Positions 62,472 to 64,000 of a DNA stretch of 64,000 nt are shown here, piece after piece. The position numbers and the translations under genes were made by a program. The notes below the pieces were generated by a model. The model was given only the letters and a program-made list of their open reading frames with translations, searched no databases and was not told the DNA's origin. The first letter of the stretch is position 1, and every line of letters starts with the position of its first letter. The stretch is from Eledone cirrhosa. Taxonomy: Eukaryota. The stretch covers positions 171,802,001 through 171,866,000 of the forward strand of contig OZ024740.1 of the NCBI GenBank assembly GCA_964016885.1. Reading direction: 5' to 3'.

Positions 62472-63155
62472 TAATTGTTTCTACCTTTGGCACAAGGCCA
62501 GCAATTATCCCAGTGTATTTCTGGTACTTTATTTTATCGACCCCGTAAGGATGAAAAGCAAAGTTAACCACGGCGGGATTTGGACTCAGATCATAAAGGG
62601 CCGTAAATCTATGCTACAAAGCAAGGCATCCGACCCTCTACCGAAATATCGGTGACCCGTAGTAGACAATTGGTGAAGGGAAAATGTCTATCTCTTGTTT
62701 GTGTTCCTTTAACATTCTAACACTCATTATCAGTGACCACACAACCTCGTCCCTCTCAATCCATATATATTAATATACATTAATATTAGTTTTGCTCTAA
62801 CATAGTGGATACGTAAATGCATTCGTGAGTTTTATATCGAATAATAATTGTGTCTACTTTTGGCACAAGGCCAGCAATTATCCTAGTGTATTACTGGTGC
62901 TTTATTTTATCGACCCAGTAAGGATGAAAGGCTAAGTTAACCTCGGTGGGATTTGAACTCTAATAATTGTTTCTACTTTGGGCACAAGGCCAGCAATTAC
63001 CCAGTGCATTACTGGTACTTTATTTTATCGACCTCGTAAGGATGAAAGGCAAAGTTAACCTCGGCGGGATTTGAACTCAGATCATAAAGGGCCGTAACAC
63101 TTTGCTGCAAAGCATGACGACCGACCCTCTATCGATACTGCCAATTCACCGCCCT
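62472..63155 (-). mobile_element. Three SINE copies (62472-62655, 62843-62960, 62961-63155)
   Basis: Reverse complement of the 34428 family. Confidence 0.85.
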
Positions 63156-63607
63156 AATAACATTCGATTTGTTTGCAAGCAAAGGGGCTCATTGTGCTAT
63201 TTGTTTTAGACCACAATTGTTACCCTTTTGTTCTAGTGGTGACAGAGAGAAACAATCCATTGCACATTGGGACATAACAAAACAGTCAAAGATAAGTTAA
63301 TCCCTTAGGCGAATTAAACAAATATAGAATAGAATGCATCGCAAAAAAGGCAGAGAACAGTGCGCAAGAGCTTGGCCAAGGAGAAAACATATATAGAAAG
63401 AAGAGAAATAGTAAAACAGAAGAGAAGAGTGTAGTCCAACATGCAGAAAGAGAAGGACACCGAGGTGTAGAAAAGGTAGGAAGAGAGAATAGAGGAAAAC
63501 AGACCGGATGGTGTGATGTCTATTATATAATAGTTTCATATATGTATACATATATATATATATATTATGTAACCTTCTCTCCTTATTTTAATTTATATTC
63601 CTTTGAA

Positions 63608-63726
63608 GTTCCGATGAGCCGCTCTGTTTTTAAATATGTTAATTATTTTCAACTGAACCAGATCAATAATGATATATAGTCATTTGATCCAGAAATATTA
63701 TATGGAATAGCGAAACAATTGTAAAC
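63608..63726 (+). ncRNA. Variant or degenerate hammerhead with long stem II
   Basis: gtt CCGATGA gc cgct...agc GAAA caattg TA^ aac; U4 is replaced by C; palindromic stem III ACAATTGT. Confidence 0.45.
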
Positions 63727-63935
63727 GGTGGATTGGCAGTATCGGTAGCGGGTCGGACGCCATGCTTTGAAGCATAGAGTTACGTCCCTTTACGATCTGA
63801 GTTCAAATCCCGCCGAAGTTAACTTTGCCTTTCATCCTTACGGGTCTATGAAATAAAGTACCAGTAATGCAGTGGGTAATTGCTGGCCTTGTGCCTAAAG
63901 TAGAAACAATTAATATTAATATTATTATTATTATT
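63726..63935 (+). mobile_element. SINE
   Basis: Same family as 34428-34624. Confidence 0.85.
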
Positions 63936-64000
63936 CTCTACATTCCTTACATCAAACTAAAATATGTTGACAATCTTTTAATAATGTCTTCCTTGTGAAA

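Noticed and set aside
63309-63476. Possible exon (ttag|...AAG|gtagg, open purine-rich frame)
   Set aside because: No recognisable domain and no partner exons. Open frames are expected in A/G-rich sequence.

Overview
This is an AT-rich eukaryotic, repeat-dominated window with no host gene I can support. The huge (TA/CA)n fields and the SINE set suggest a cephalopod, probably Octopus (inference). It contains a near full-length Tx1/L1-clade LINE plus four 3' fragments, a 5'-truncated Penelope element with inverted pLTRs, decayed RTE, HERO-like, hAT and Tc1/mariner elements, MITEs, many SINE copies, mini- and microsatellites, and a 200-N gap. The main hidden signal is a dense set of about 24 type I hammerhead ribozyme (HHR) cores, some degenerate. 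They lie in Penelope pLTRs and in at least four apparently unrelated non-coding retrozyme-like families (310-bp, 562-bp, ~419-bp and ~435-bp units). Three of these share one architecture: a back-to-back (inverted plus tandem) arrangement embedded in (TA)n, mirroring the local Penelope element. The 310-bp family forms an almost invariant 13-ribozyme array. All annotation was done by eye, so boundaries are approximate.
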